64,000 bases of DNA from Candidatus Dormibacteria bacterium (GTDB taxonomy: Bacteria > Chloroflexota > Dormibacteria > Aeolococcales > Aeolococcaceae): assembly GCA_049521435.1 (NCBI GenBank), contig JBEKOU010000003.1, positions 174,642 through 238,641 on the forward strand. Direction: 5' to 3'. Made by a program: the position numbers and the translations under genes. The notes under the pieces were generated by a model. It was not told the DNA's origin, did not search any database, and was given only the letters and a program-made list of their open reading frames with translations. This document shows, in pieces, positions 38,371 to 48,072 of this stretch. The stretch's first letter is position 1. Every line of letters begins with the position of its first letter.

Positions 38371-39483
38371 ATGGAGGTGGCCCTGGAGCTGGCCCGGAGC
38401 TGCGATTACGCAACCAGTCCAAACCCGATGGTGGGTGCCGTGGTCGTGCGCGACGGGGAGATCGTCGGCCGGGGCCGCACCGCGCCGGCCGGCGGGCCGC
38501 ATGCCGAGGTCACCGCCCTCCGGGAGGCGGGCGATGCGGCGCGCGGAGCAACCCTCGTCGTCTCCCTGGAGCCATGCTGCCAGCACGGCCGGACCCCGCC
38601 CTGCACGGAGGCGGTGCTGGCCGCCGGTATCTCCCGCTGCGTCGCGGCCATGATCGACCCCAATCCGCGCGTGCGCGGGGCTGGGCTGGAGCGGCTCCGC
38701 CGGGCCGGCGTCGAGGTCACGGTGGGGCTGGAGGCCGAGGCCGCACGGCTGCTCAACGAGCAATACCTCCGCTGGGTGACGGCCGGGGTGCCCTTTGTCA
38801 CCGCCAAGTTCGCCTCCTCGCTCGACGGGCGGATCGCCACCGCTTCGGGCGAGTCGCGTTGGATCACGGGGGAGACGGCGCGACGCCTCGGGCATCTGCT
38901 CCGCCATCGCCACGACGCCGTGCTGGTCGGGGTGGGGACCGTGCTGGCGGACGACCCGGAGCTGTCGACCCGGCTGGAGGGCAGGACGGCCCGCCAGCCG
39001 CTCCGGGTCGTGCTCGACAGCAGGCTCTCGGTCCCGCCGGCCGCGCGCGTGATCGGCAGTGACGGCAGGTGCCTGATCGCCACCACCACGGGCGCCCCGG
39101 CCACCGCCCGCCTGGCGCTCGAGACAGCCGGTGCCAGGGTGGTCGCCTTCAACCCCGGCGCGGACGGGCGTGTCCCGATCGGCGAGGTGCTGGCGCTCCT
39201 GGCTGACGAGGAGCACATCAGCGTCCTGGTGGAGGGCGGCGCCCGGGTCCACGGGTCCGTCTTCGACCAGGAGCTCGCCGACCGGGTGGTCGCGCACATC
39301 GCTCCGCGCATCGTCGGCGGCGAGGGGGCCCCGTGCGTCGTGGCCGGCAGGGGTGTGGCCACGCTGGCCGCGGCCACACCGCTCACCGGTGTCACCGTGG
39401 AGCGCGCCGGCGACGACATCGTGGTCAGCGGGTACTGTGTGCGCCGCGAGAGCGGCGCGCCGCCGCTTCAGGGTGGGGAGTGA
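38371..39483 (+). CDS. ribD: bifunctional riboflavin-biosynthesis deaminase/reductase
   Basis: ATG at 38371. Deaminase 'HAEVTALREAG...VSLEPCCQHGRTPPC'. The reductase half has 'FVTAKFASSLDGRIA'. Confidence 0.9.
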   Translation: MEVALELARSCDYATSPNPMVGAVVVRDGEIVGRGRTAPAGGPHAEVTALREAGDAARGATLVVSLEPCCQHGRTPPCTEAVLAAGISRCVAAMIDPNPRVRGAGLERLRRAGVEVTVGLEAEAARLLNEQYLRWVTAGVPFVTAKFASSLDGRIATASGESRWITGETARRLGHLLRHRHDAVLVGVGTVLADDPELSTRLEGRTARQPLRVVLDSRLSVPPAARVIGSDGRCLIATTTGAPATARLALETAGARVVAFNPGADGRVPIGEVLALLADEEHISVLVEGGARVHGSVFDQELADRVVAHIAPRIVGGEGAPCVVAGRGVATLAAATPLTGVTVERAGDDIVVSGYCVRRESGAPPLQGGE

Positions 39484-39487
39484 GCGA

Positions 39488-40084
39488 GTGTTCTCCGGGA
39501 TCGTCACCGAGCTGGGCGAGGTGGTGGAGGAGGTCGGACCGCAGGGCGGCCGTCTCCGGGTGGCCGCACGCCGGCTTCCGGCCGACCTGCGGATCGGCGA
39601 GAGCGTGGCGGTGAGCGGGACCTGCCTGACCGTCATCGAGATGGTGGACGGCGGCTTCAGCGCCGATGTCATGCCGGAGACCGCGCGGCGCACCACGCTG
39701 GGGAGGCTGCGGAGGGGCGACGCCGTCAACCTCGAGCCGTCGCTCGCCTTCGGGGAGCGGGTGGGCGGTCATCTGGTCAGCGGCCACGTGGACGCGGTCG
39801 GCACCGTGCTCGAGACCCACTCCGAGGGCGAGGCCCGCTGGGTCACCATCGCCCTCCCCGACGCCCTGGCACGCTACACGGTCGAGAAGGGGAGCATCGC
39901 CGTCGACGGCGTCAGCCTCACCGTGGTGGACGCCGGGCGCGACCGCTTCACCGTCTCGCTCATCCCCCACACCCTGGCCACCACCACGGCGGGGCATTGG
40001 GAGGTCGGCTCCCCGGTCAACCTCGAGGCGGATCTCGCCGCCAAATACGTGCAGCGCGGGCTGGGGTGGGAGGCGGCGCCATGA
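39488..40084 (+). CDS. ribE: riboflavin synthase alpha subunit
   Basis: GTG at 39488 gives 'VFSGIVTELGEV...'. Two lumazine-binding repeats (the second begins 'GHLVSGHVDAVGTV'). Confidence 0.85.
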   Translation: MFSGIVTELGEVVEEVGPQGGRLRVAARRLPADLRIGESVAVSGTCLTVIEMVDGGFSADVMPETARRTTLGRLRRGDAVNLEPSLAFGERVGGHLVSGHVDAVGTVLETHSEGEARWVTIALPDALARYTVEKGSIAVDGVSLTVVDAGRDRFTVSLIPHTLATTTAGHWEVGSPVNLEADLAAKYVQRGLGWEAAP

Positions 40085-41367
40085 GCCCGGACCGGATCGA
40101 GGACGCGGTCGACGACATCCGCGAGGGACGCTTCGTCATCGTCGTCGACGACGAGGACCGGGAGAACGAGGGTGACCTGTGCATGGCCGCCGACCGGGTC
40201 ACCGCCGGACAGGTCAATTTCCTGCTCTCCCACGCCCGCGGCCTCCTCTGCGTCGCCTGCGAGGGAGGACGGCTGGACACCCTCCAACTTCCTGACATGG
40301 TCGACCACAACACGTCTCTTCACGAGACGGCGATGACCGTGACCGTGGACGCCGCCGGGGAGGGGGTCACCACCGGGGTCAGCTCCCACGATCGGGCGGT
40401 GACGATCCGCCATCTCGCCGACCCCGACCGGGGAGCGGCGGACTTCACCCGCCCTGGACACGTCCAGCCGCTTCGCGCCCGCCCCGGCGGGGTGCTCAAA
40501 CGGGCCGGGCACACCGAGGCGATCGTGGACCTCTGCAGGATGGCGGGACGGGAGCCCTGCGGGGTGCTCTGCGAGATCCTCCGGGAGGACGGGGTCGTCG
40601 CCCGACGCGCCGACCTCGACGGGTTCGCCCGGCTGCACGGCCTGCGCATGGTGACCATCGAAGACCTCATCCGCCACCGGCGGCAGAGCGAGACGCTGGT
40701 GGTGCGACGTGCCGAGACCCGGCTGCCGACCGAGTGGGGGGTCTGGCGGTGCGTCGGCTACGAGGACCTCGTCGACCACGATCCCCACGTCGCCCTGGTC
40801 CTGGGCGAGATCTCGGAGGAGGACCCCGAACCCGTCCTCTGCCGGGTGCACAGCGAGTGCCTCACCGGTGACGTCTTCGGATCCCAGCGCTGCGACTGCC
40901 AGGCCCAGCTCCATCTGGCCATGCAGCTGATCGCCAAGGAGGGCCGCGGGGTCCTCGTGTACCTCCGCCAGGAGGGCCGCGGCATCGGGTTGCTCGACAA
41001 GCTGAGGGCGTACGCCCTGCAGGACGCGGGTGCGGACACGGTGCAGGCCAACCTCGACCTGGGTCTCCCCGTCGACACCCGGGACTACGGCATCGGGACC
41101 CAGATCCTCGCCGACCTCGGTGCCCGGCGGCTGCGGGTTTTGAGCAACAACCCGCGCAAGTACTTCGCCCTCTCCGCCTACGGCCTCGAGGTGGTGGAGC
41201 ACCTGCCCCTGGTGACCCCGCCCACACCCGACAACATCGGCTATCTCCGCACCAAGCGGGACAAGCTCGGTCATCACTTCGACGCGGCACTGGCCGTGGA
41301 TTCCGGGGACGCCGCCCCGCACCCGCCGGCCGATCCCGGCGCAGGCCCACCGGTCACCGAACCCTGA
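40081..41367 (+). CDS. ribBA: bifunctional 3,4-dihydroxy-2-butanone-4-phosphate synthase / GTP cyclohydrolase II
   Basis: The ATG at 40081 overlaps the ribE stop. 'VVDDEDRENEGDL' (DHBP synthase) and 'CRVHSECLTGDVFGSQRCDC' (GTP cyclohydrolase II zinc site). Confidence 0.9.
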   Translation: MSPDRIEDAVDDIREGRFVIVVDDEDRENEGDLCMAADRVTAGQVNFLLSHARGLLCVACEGGRLDTLQLPDMVDHNTSLHETAMTVTVDAAGEGVTTGVSSHDRAVTIRHLADPDRGAADFTRPGHVQPLRARPGGVLKRAGHTEAIVDLCRMAGREPCGVLCEILREDGVVARRADLDGFARLHGLRMVTIEDLIRHRRQSETLVVRRAETRLPTEWGVWRCVGYEDLVDHDPHVALVLGEISEEDPEPVLCRVHSECLTGDVFGSQRCDCQAQLHLAMQLIAKEGRGVLVYLRQEGRGIGLLDKLRAYALQDAGADTVQANLDLGLPVDTRDYGIGTQILADLGARRLRVLSNNPRKYFALSAYGLEVVEHLPLVTPPTPDNIGYLRTKRDKLGHHFDAALAVDSGDAAPHPPADPGAGPPVTEP

Positions 41368-41468
41368 TCGCGGGCCGGTCGCGGGGTTGCGGCGGGTGGG
41401 CTCCGCCACGGGGCGGCGGCCCCGGCCCCGCGGGTCCGAGGTGCCGGCGATGTGACAGGATCACGCCC

Positions 41469-41993
41469 ATGAAGGTCGGGGGCCGCACCGTCGACGACGG
41501 CCGGGTCGACGCCACCGGGATGCGGATCGCGATCGTGGTGGCGCGCTTCAACGAGGTGGTGTCCCAGCGGCTGCTGAGCGGCGCCATGGACGCCTTGATC
41601 GACCACGGGGCAGCGGAGAAGGACATCGCCGTCCACTGGGTGCCGGGGAGCTTGGAGATCCCCTTCGTGGCCCAGGAGGTGGCGATCTCGGGAGCTGCCG
41701 ACGCCATCGTCTGCCTGGGAGCGGTGATCCGGGGGGAGACCACCCACTACGACCTGGTCGCGGACGGCGCCGCCGGGGGAGTGGCGCGGGTATCGCTGGA
41801 GCATCGGGTGCCCTGCGGGTTCGGCGTGCTCACCACCGAGACGTTGGAGCAGGCGATGGAGCGAGCGGGCGGCAAGCACGGCAACAAGGGCGCCGACGCA
41901 GCCCTGGCGGCCGTCGAGGCCGCGCGGCTGGCGCGGGAGATACGCGGTGCGGCGCGGGGAAAGCCAGGCGCGTCCCGGGCACCGTCAGGCTGA
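41469..41993 (+). CDS. ribH: 6,7-dimethyl-8-ribityllumazine synthase
   Basis: 'RIAIVVARFNEVVSQRLLSGA...VPGSLEIPFVAQ...VIRGETTHYDLVA'. Confidence 0.9.
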   Translation: MKVGGRTVDDGRVDATGMRIAIVVARFNEVVSQRLLSGAMDALIDHGAAEKDIAVHWVPGSLEIPFVAQEVAISGAADAIVCLGAVIRGETTHYDLVADGAAGGVARVSLEHRVPCGFGVLTTETLEQAMERAGGKHGNKGADAALAAVEAARLAREIRGAARGKPGASRAPSG

Positions 41994-42007
41994 CCGGGGG
42001 CGAAAGG

Positions 42008-43261
42008 TCAGCTCGCGGGGCGCGCCACCCCGCGGGTGGTTCCGGGCAACCGCACCGTGAAGGTGGATCCCCGGCCCTCCACCGAGGTGGCGGTGATGTC
42101 GCCGCCCAACCTCCGGATCAGCTCCCGGCAGAGGTAGAGACCCAAGCCCGTGCCGCCGATCCCCTCCGTGGCCGTGGTCACGATCCGGCCGAACCGGGTG
42201 AAGAGGCGGTCCATGTCAGAGGCCGCGATCCCCAGCCCCTGGTCACTGATGTCGACGGCGACCTGCCGGCCCGCCCGCCGCAGACGGATCCCGATCTCGC
42301 CGCCGTCCGGTGAGTACTTGAGCGCGTTGTCGACGATGTTGGAGAAGACGCGGAGCAGCTGACCCCGATCGCCGAGGACCGGCGCCGGGCCCGATCCGAG
42401 AGCCAGGTTGAGCTGGTGACGCTCCGAGCCGTCCACCCTGACGGCGGCTTCGGCGACGACGCCGGCAAGGTCGACGGGCTCACGCGTCGGGTCCAGACGC
42501 GTCTCGTCGAGCCGGGCCATCTCGACCAGCTCGGTGACCAGCTGCATCATCAGCTCGACGCTCTGGATCGAGGACCCGACGGCCTCGCGCAAGCCCTCGG
42601 ACAGCTCGCCGAGCATGCCCGACTCCATCATCGAGAGGTACCCGTAGACGATGGCGAGCGGGGAGCGCAGCTCGTGGGTGGTCAGGTTCATGAAGTCCGA
42701 CTTGAGCTTGTCGAGCGCCATCAGCCTCTCCAGCCGGAGGTGCAGGGAGCTGAGCTCCTCGCCGCCAGCCTGGACGCCGGCACGCGCCTCCTCGCCGCGT
42801 CCCGGGGTCGCGTCCCGCACCGTCTGGACAACGTGGCCAACCCGGCCACGCAGGTCACGGAGCGGATGGACGGTCACATCCCAGACCGCGACGCTGTCCG
42901 CTGGCGCGCTCTCTGGCTCACCCGAGGTGAGCGGCCGGATGCCCTGGAGATGCTGCGGTTTGCCGGTGCGGACGGCCGCCGAGACCAGCAGGACGACCTC
43001 GTCCGCAACGGCGACCCCGCCGGATCCGTCCGCGGCCGTGAGGCTGTCGAACCAGAGCCGGAAGCGGTCGTTGGCAACCTCGACCGGGCAGCCGGGCCCG
43101 ACCCGCCGGATGGCGACCGCCATGGGGAGGGCCTCGAGCAGACCCTCGACGAGCCTCCCGCCGCCGGACCCCGGGAAGCTCTCGCCGATCATGTCGGACA
43201 GGGCCTCGGGCTCACCGACGGGCAGGGCGGCGCTGTTCGATCTCGCGGCTCCCTGCATCAC
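42008..43261 (-). CDS. cytoplasmic sensor histidine kinase (PAS–HisKA–HATPase)
   Basis: H-box 'LTTHELRSPLAIVYGY'. N-box 'NIVDNALKYSP'. G-boxes 'DQGLGI' and 'GGTGLGL'. No TM helix, and no response-regulator gene within ±5 kb. Confidence 0.8.
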   Translation of the reverse strand: MMQGAARSNSAALPVGEPEALSDMIGESFPGSGGGRLVEGLLEALPMAVAIRRVGPGCPVEVANDRFRLWFDSLTAADGSGGVAVADEVVLLVSAAVRTGKPQHLQGIRPLTSGEPESAPADSVAVWDVTVHPLRDLRGRVGHVVQTVRDATPGRGEEARAGVQAGGEELSSLHLRLERLMALDKLKSDFMNLTTHELRSPLAIVYGYLSMMESGMLGELSEGLREAVGSSIQSVELMMQLVTELVEMARLDETRLDPTREPVDLAGVVAEAAVRVDGSERHQLNLALGSGPAPVLGDRGQLLRVFSNIVDNALKYSPDGGEIGIRLRRAGRQVAVDISDQGLGIAASDMDRLFTRFGRIVTTATEGIGGTGLGLYLCRELIRRLGGDITATSVEGRGSTFTVRLPGTTRGVARPAS

Positions 43262-43479
43262 GCGCGACCGGCGCGGAGCGCAACGCTGCCCGCGGGCATC
43301 GAAAGGTGATCAAACCCCCAGGCTCTCTGCATCATCCGCCCCGTTGTGACGCCCGGATACCCCCGACCGGGGGGAGCTCGATCATAGGTCCGTCATCGCG
43401 CCATCTCCCCGCGTTGCAGGATCGCGACCCGGCCGTCAGAGCTTCCGTCACAGCCCCGAACGGGGCGGCCGAACGTTGC

Positions 43480-45003
43480 CTAGTGGCGGAAGTGGCGCTC
43501 GCCGGTGAGCACGACTGCCATTCCGAGGGCGTCGGCCGCGGCGGTGACCTCGGCGTCGTTCTTGGACCCCCCGGGGTGGATGACCGCGCCGACCCCCGCC
43601 CTCCCCAGGGTCTCCAGGCCGTCGGGAAGCGGGAAGAAAGCGTCGCTCGCAGCGACCGTCCCAGCCACCCTGTCGCCGGCACGCGCGACGGCGAGCTCAG
43701 CCGCTTCGACACGGGACATCTGGCCCGCACCGACGCCCAGCGCCATCTGGTCGCCGACGATGACGATGGCGTTGGACTTGACGTGGCGGCAGACCCTCCA
43801 GGCCACCAGCAGGTCGCCCCACTCCGCCTCGGTCGGGTGCCGCTTGGATGCAACGGTCATCGAGGTCCGGTCCGCCGACACGCGATCGCGGGTCTGCACC
43901 AGCAGTCCCCCGCTCAGGCTGCGAACGTCATAAGCGGCGGCACAGTCGGGACGGTCCAGCACGAGGACGCGGAGGCGCTCGCGGCGTGCCAGCCGGGCGG
44001 CCGCATCGTCATCGATGGCGGGGCAGATCACGATCTCCAGGAAGGTCTTGGCCAGCTCCTGGGCGGTGGCGAGGTCGAGGGCGCGATTGAGCGCGACGAT
44101 GCCGCCGTACGCAGAGCGCGGATCGCAGGCATGAGCGCGGCGGTAGGCATCGACAGCGGAGTCTCCGATGGCGAAACCGCATGGGTTGGTGTGCTTGATC
44201 ACGGCCGCAGCGGGTTCGGCGAACTCGGCGACCAGGTTGGCGGCCGCGTCGGCATCCAGCCAGTTGGTGAAGCTGAGCGCCGGCCCCTGTAGCTGCCGGG
44301 CGTGGGCGACGCCTCCGGGGACCCCCGGCACGGCGTAGACGGCCCCGCGCTGGTGGGGGTTCTCGCCATAGCGCAGCTCGGCGATGAGCGGCCCGCCGGT
44401 GGTGAAGTACGTGCGCATCGGCCCGGCAGAGTAGTCGGCGGCCAGCCAGTCGGCGACCGCGGTGTCGTAGGCGGCCACGTGGGCAAAGGCCTCGGCGGCG
44501 AGCCGCGTCCTGGTGGCCGGGCTCACCGCACCCGCCTCCCGGATCTCGGCCAGGACCCCGTCGTACTGGGAGGGCGAGACCACGACCGCCACCCAGTCGC
44601 TGTTCTTGGCGGCCGCCCGGATCATGGTGGGACCGCCGATGTCGATGTTCTCCACCACCGTCGCGCGGTCGGCGCCCGAAGCGACGGCGGCGGCAAACGG
44701 ATAGAGGCTGACCACCACCAGGTCGATGGGCGCGTAGCCGTGCTCCTCCAGGGCCCGCATGTGCTCCGGGAGATCGCGGCGGGCGAGGATACCGGCGTGG
44801 ATTGCCGGATGGAGTGTCTTGACCCGCCCGTCCAGCATCTCCGGCGCGCCGGTGACCTCGCTGACCTGGCGCACCGGGATCCCGGCGTCGGCCAGGGCCC
44901 TGGCGGTGCCGCCGGTGGCGATCAGCTCAACGCCGGCCTCGTGGAGGCCGCGGGCGAAGGCGGCGAGCCCCGCCTTGTCGCTGACGCCGATGAGGGCTCT
45001 CAT
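43480..45003 (-). CDS. purH: bifunctional AICAR formyltransferase / IMP cyclohydrolase
   Basis: ATG at 45003 gives 'MRALIGVSDKAGL...ATGGTARAL...GRVKTLHPAIHAGIL'. Confidence 0.9.
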   Translation of the reverse strand: MRALIGVSDKAGLAAFARGLHEAGVELIATGGTARALADAGIPVRQVSEVTGAPEMLDGRVKTLHPAIHAGILARRDLPEHMRALEEHGYAPIDLVVVSLYPFAAAVASGADRATVVENIDIGGPTMIRAAAKNSDWVAVVVSPSQYDGVLAEIREAGAVSPATRTRLAAEAFAHVAAYDTAVADWLAADYSAGPMRTYFTTGGPLIAELRYGENPHQRGAVYAVPGVPGGVAHARQLQGPALSFTNWLDADAAANLVAEFAEPAAAVIKHTNPCGFAIGDSAVDAYRRAHACDPRSAYGGIVALNRALDLATAQELAKTFLEIVICPAIDDDAAARLARRERLRVLVLDRPDCAAAYDVRSLSGGLLVQTRDRVSADRTSMTVASKRHPTEAEWGDLLVAWRVCRHVKSNAIVIVGDQMALGVGAGQMSRVEAAELAVARAGDRVAGTVAASDAFFPLPDGLETLGRAGVGAVIHPGGSKNDAEVTAAADALGMAVVLTGERHFRH

Positions 45004-45671
45004 GTGAGGGAGTCTGCCTGAGCGGGAGGAGCGTCCGTCGCGCTGGCCGAGGCGGTGATCCGGACCACGCGACCCTCCCGCCGGATCCGACCCTCGCACC
45101 AGAGCCTCACGGCCTCGGCGACCGCAGCCCACTCCTGCTCGTGGATGCGCTCGCGCAGGCTCTCGGCCGTGTCGTCCTCGCGGACCGGCACGGCCCGCTG
45201 GACGATGATCGGCCCACCGTCTGTGATGCCGGGCTCCAGGAGCTGGACGGTGCAGCCGCTGATCTTGACGCCGTGTTCCAGCGCAGCCTCGACCGCGTGC
45301 ATGCCTCCCGCGAAGGCCGGGAGCAGCGACGGATGGACGTTCAGGATGGAATCCGGGAAGGCGGCCAGGAACTCGTCAGTGAGAATGCGGTTGTACCCCG
45401 CGCAGACCACCAGATCTACGCCGGCGAGGCGGAGGCGATCGCGCATGGCGCGGTCCCGGGCGCGGTCGTCATTGCCGTAGTGGCTGAGCGGCATCCCCTC
45501 GGCGGGAACTCCCCACCGGCGGGCGACCTCCAGAGCGCCCGCATCGCGCCGGTTGCTGATAACCAGTGCGACCCGGGCTGGGAAGCCGGGGGACGCCGCT
45601 GCGGCACAGAGCGCGTCGAGGTTGCTCCCGCGACCGGAAACCAGGACTCCGATCCGAACCCCCGCGCTCAT
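45000..45671 (-). CDS. purN: phosphoribosylglycinamide formyltransferase
   Basis: 'IGVLVSGRGSNLDAL...NVHPSLLPAFAG'. Overlaps the purH start. Confidence 0.9.
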   Translation of the reverse strand: MSAGVRIGVLVSGRGSNLDALCAAAASPGFPARVALVISNRRDAGALEVARRWGVPAEGMPLSHYGNDDRARDRAMRDRLRLAGVDLVVCAGYNRILTDEFLAAFPDSILNVHPSLLPAFAGGMHAVEAALEHGVKISGCTVQLLEPGITDGGPIIVQRAVPVREDDTAESLRERIHEQEWAAVAEAVRLWCEGRIRREGRVVRITASASATDAPPAQADSLT

Positions 45672-46696
45672 CGGAGGACGACTTGGTGACCGTCCCTGGC
45701 GTCGACGATCTCACCGAGGGGGATGACGGGAAGACCGGCGGCGGAGACGCCGGCCGCGGGAGCCGCGGCGGCGGGCACGACGACGACCATGCCGATCCCC
45801 ATGTTGAAGGTCCGCCACATCTCATCGGCCCGAACCCCGCCCACCGTCTCCAGCGCGGTGAAGAGCGCCGGAACCTCCCACGCGTCCCGCTCGATCAGGG
45901 CCGCCGTCCCTGCGGGCAGAATCCGGGGCACGTTGCCGAGCAGACCGCCCCCGGTGATATGGGCAAGGCCGCGGATCTCCACCCGCGAGCGCAGCTCGCG
46001 GATCGCGGCGAGGTAGGAGCGATGGGGCTCCAGGAGCAGATCGGCGATCGGAGCCTGGGTGCCCGGCAGAACGGCATCCCACCCGATCTCCCGCTCCGCC
46101 AGGATGTGCCGCACCAGCGAGTAGCCGTTGGTGTGGAGACCGCTGCTCGGGAGCCCGAGAACGGCATCGCCGACCTCGATGCGGTGCCCGTCGATGATCT
46201 CGTCACGCTCGACACAGCCGACGATGAAACCGGCGATGTCGAAGTCACCGAGCGCGTAGAGGCCGGGCAGTTCGGCGGTCTCCCCGCCCACCAGGGCGCA
46301 TCCGGCGTCGCCGCACGCTGCCGCGGCGCCGCCAACCACCTCGGCGAGGCGCTCGGGTGAGAGGCGGCCGGTGGCGTAGTAGTCGAGGAAGAAGAGTGGC
46401 TCAGCGCCACTGCAGAGGATGTCGTTGACGCAATGGTTGACCAGGTCGATGCCGATGCCCCGGTAGCGACCCGCCGCGATCGCCACCTTCACCTTGGTCC
46501 CGACCGAGTCCGTGCTCGCCGCCAGGACCGGCTGCTTCCACCGCTGCGGGTCGAAGGCGAAGAGACCGCTGAACGCCCCGATCCCTCCGAGCACCTCGGG
46601 GCCATGGGTGGCGGTGACCGCCTGCTTGATCAGCCTGACGGCGCGGTCGCCCTCGTCGATGTCAACGCCGGCGTCCGCGTACCGCAGATCTCCCAT
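45668..46696 (-). CDS. purM: phosphoribosylformylglycinamidine cyclo-ligase
   Basis: 'AGVDIDEGDRAVRLIK...DSVGTKVKVA...DLVNHCVNDILCSGAEPLFFLDYYATG'. Confidence 0.9.
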   Translation of the reverse strand: MGDLRYADAGVDIDEGDRAVRLIKQAVTATHGPEVLGGIGAFSGLFAFDPQRWKQPVLAASTDSVGTKVKVAIAAGRYRGIGIDLVNHCVNDILCSGAEPLFFLDYYATGRLSPERLAEVVGGAAAACGDAGCALVGGETAELPGLYALGDFDIAGFIVGCVERDEIIDGHRIEVGDAVLGLPSSGLHTNGYSLVRHILAEREIGWDAVLPGTQAPIADLLLEPHRSYLAAIRELRSRVEIRGLAHITGGGLLGNVPRILPAGTAALIERDAWEVPALFTALETVGGVRADEMWRTFNMGIGMVVVVPAAAAPAAGVSAAGLPVIPLGEIVDARDGHQVVLR

Positions 46697-46759
46697 CTCC
46701 GCGGCAGTCTACGTAACCGGGGGACTGCCGCGCGCTGCGAGGCGGTCGCCGGCCAGGGG

Positions 46760-47953
46760 TCAGGTGGACGTCCCCGCCGACGGGGTCGGGGTGGGCGCCG
46801 GAGTCGCACCCGGGGCGGGCGTCTGCCCACTGCCGTATCCCAGAGGGGGTTCGGAGGTGGTGAGAGTGGACCAGGCGACGGCGGTGGGCGGCGTTTGCAC
46901 CGAGGGCGCGGTGCCCCAGGCGGAGAACGTCTCCGTCTCCGTGCCGGCACTGTCGCTGTAGGACACGACATAGGCGACGGGGAGGTGCGTGGTCGGCAAG
47001 ATGTCGAGGTGAGCCGTCCCCGCCGGGGCCGTGCTTGTCTCCGGCACGGTTCCGGAGATCCTGGTCAGCTGGGTGCCCCCGGCTCCGGTGACCGACTCCG
47101 TCGAGGTGGCGTCGAGCGGGGACTCGGAGAGCTGCGAGCCGACCGTGATCCCCACCTCCAGATCCTTGTACGGACCGTCACCGATCTGCACCGAGACCCA
47201 CTCCCCGGGCCCGGGCGCCGCGCTCGCGGAGACCCCCAGCTGATCCTCGGCCGCCGCGACGTTACCCTGGAAGTACACGGTCTGGTCTGGAGCGAGCAGG
47301 AGGGTGAACTGTTCCTTGCCGTACGCCGTCGTCTGGTCAAACACCTGGCTGCCGTCATCTTGCCCGGCGACGCCGGTGACGGTCAGCACTGACCCGCTCC
47401 CGGACGAGGTCGCCGAGTAGGTGAACCCGGCGGACCGCTCGGCAGCCGTCATCGCCTGCGCGTAGAGGGCGGACGCCTGGGCCGCGGCCGCCCGCTGGGA
47501 CGGGTTGGGCGTGGCCGACGCCGCGGGGGGCGTGACCGTGCTGGACACACCACCCCGGCTCACCAGGATGGCGATGGGGATGCCGACGGCAGCTGCGATC
47601 ACGACAGCGCCGAGCACCAGGGCGAGCAGGCGCCGTCCCCGATGGGGGGTGGGCAGGACCGACCCGGGTGCCCCCTGCGCGGATCCCGGCTGGCCTGGCC
47701 ATGGCCCGGAGCCCGGTCCTCCCCAGGGGGGCGGCGGAGACGGCCCCCAGGGCGGCGGTGGAGGTGGCCCCCAGGGTGGCGGTGGAGGTGGCCCCCAGGC
47801 GGGCGGCCCGCCGGGAGCGCCAGCCGGTCCCCAACCGGGTGGCGGGCCGGACCAGCCCCAGGGCGGCGGTTGCGAGGGGGGGAACCCCTGGCCACTCGTC
47901 TCCCCGGATGTGGCACCCGGCCCGAGATCGTCGGCCGGCCGATCGTCGCCCAT
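46760..47953 (-). CDS. hypothetical single-pass membrane protein with a poly-Pro/Trp N-terminus, lying inside the pur gene string
   Basis: The N-terminus repeats 'PPPPPPWGPPPPPPWGPSPPPPWGGPGSGPW'. One TM helix 'LLALVLGAVVIAAAVGIPIAILV'. A Ser/Thr-rich extracytoplasmic domain of about 270 aa follows. Confidence 0.55.
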   Translation of the reverse strand: MGDDRPADDLGPGATSGETSGQGFPPSQPPPWGWSGPPPGWGPAGAPGGPPAWGPPPPPPWGPPPPPPWGPSPPPPWGGPGSGPWPGQPGSAQGAPGSVLPTPHRGRRLLALVLGAVVIAAAVGIPIAILVSRGGVSSTVTPPAASATPNPSQRAAAAQASALYAQAMTAAERSAGFTYSATSSGSGSVLTVTGVAGQDDGSQVFDQTTAYGKEQFTLLLAPDQTVYFQGNVAAAEDQLGVSASAAPGPGEWVSVQIGDGPYKDLEVGITVGSQLSESPLDATSTESVTGAGGTQLTRISGTVPETSTAPAGTAHLDILPTTHLPVAYVVSYSDSAGTETETFSAWGTAPSVQTPPTAVAWSTLTTSEPPLGYGSGQTPAPGATPAPTPTPSAGTST

Positions 47954-48072
47954 GTTCCGCTGTCTCCAGATGGCGTCTGCGACGGGACCGTCATGCCCGA
48001 GGGGCTGGTTCCGCGTGGGGAGAGGTCCCGCTTTCTCGTTCGCGATGTTAGCGCCGCTCGGGCGCGGACCCC

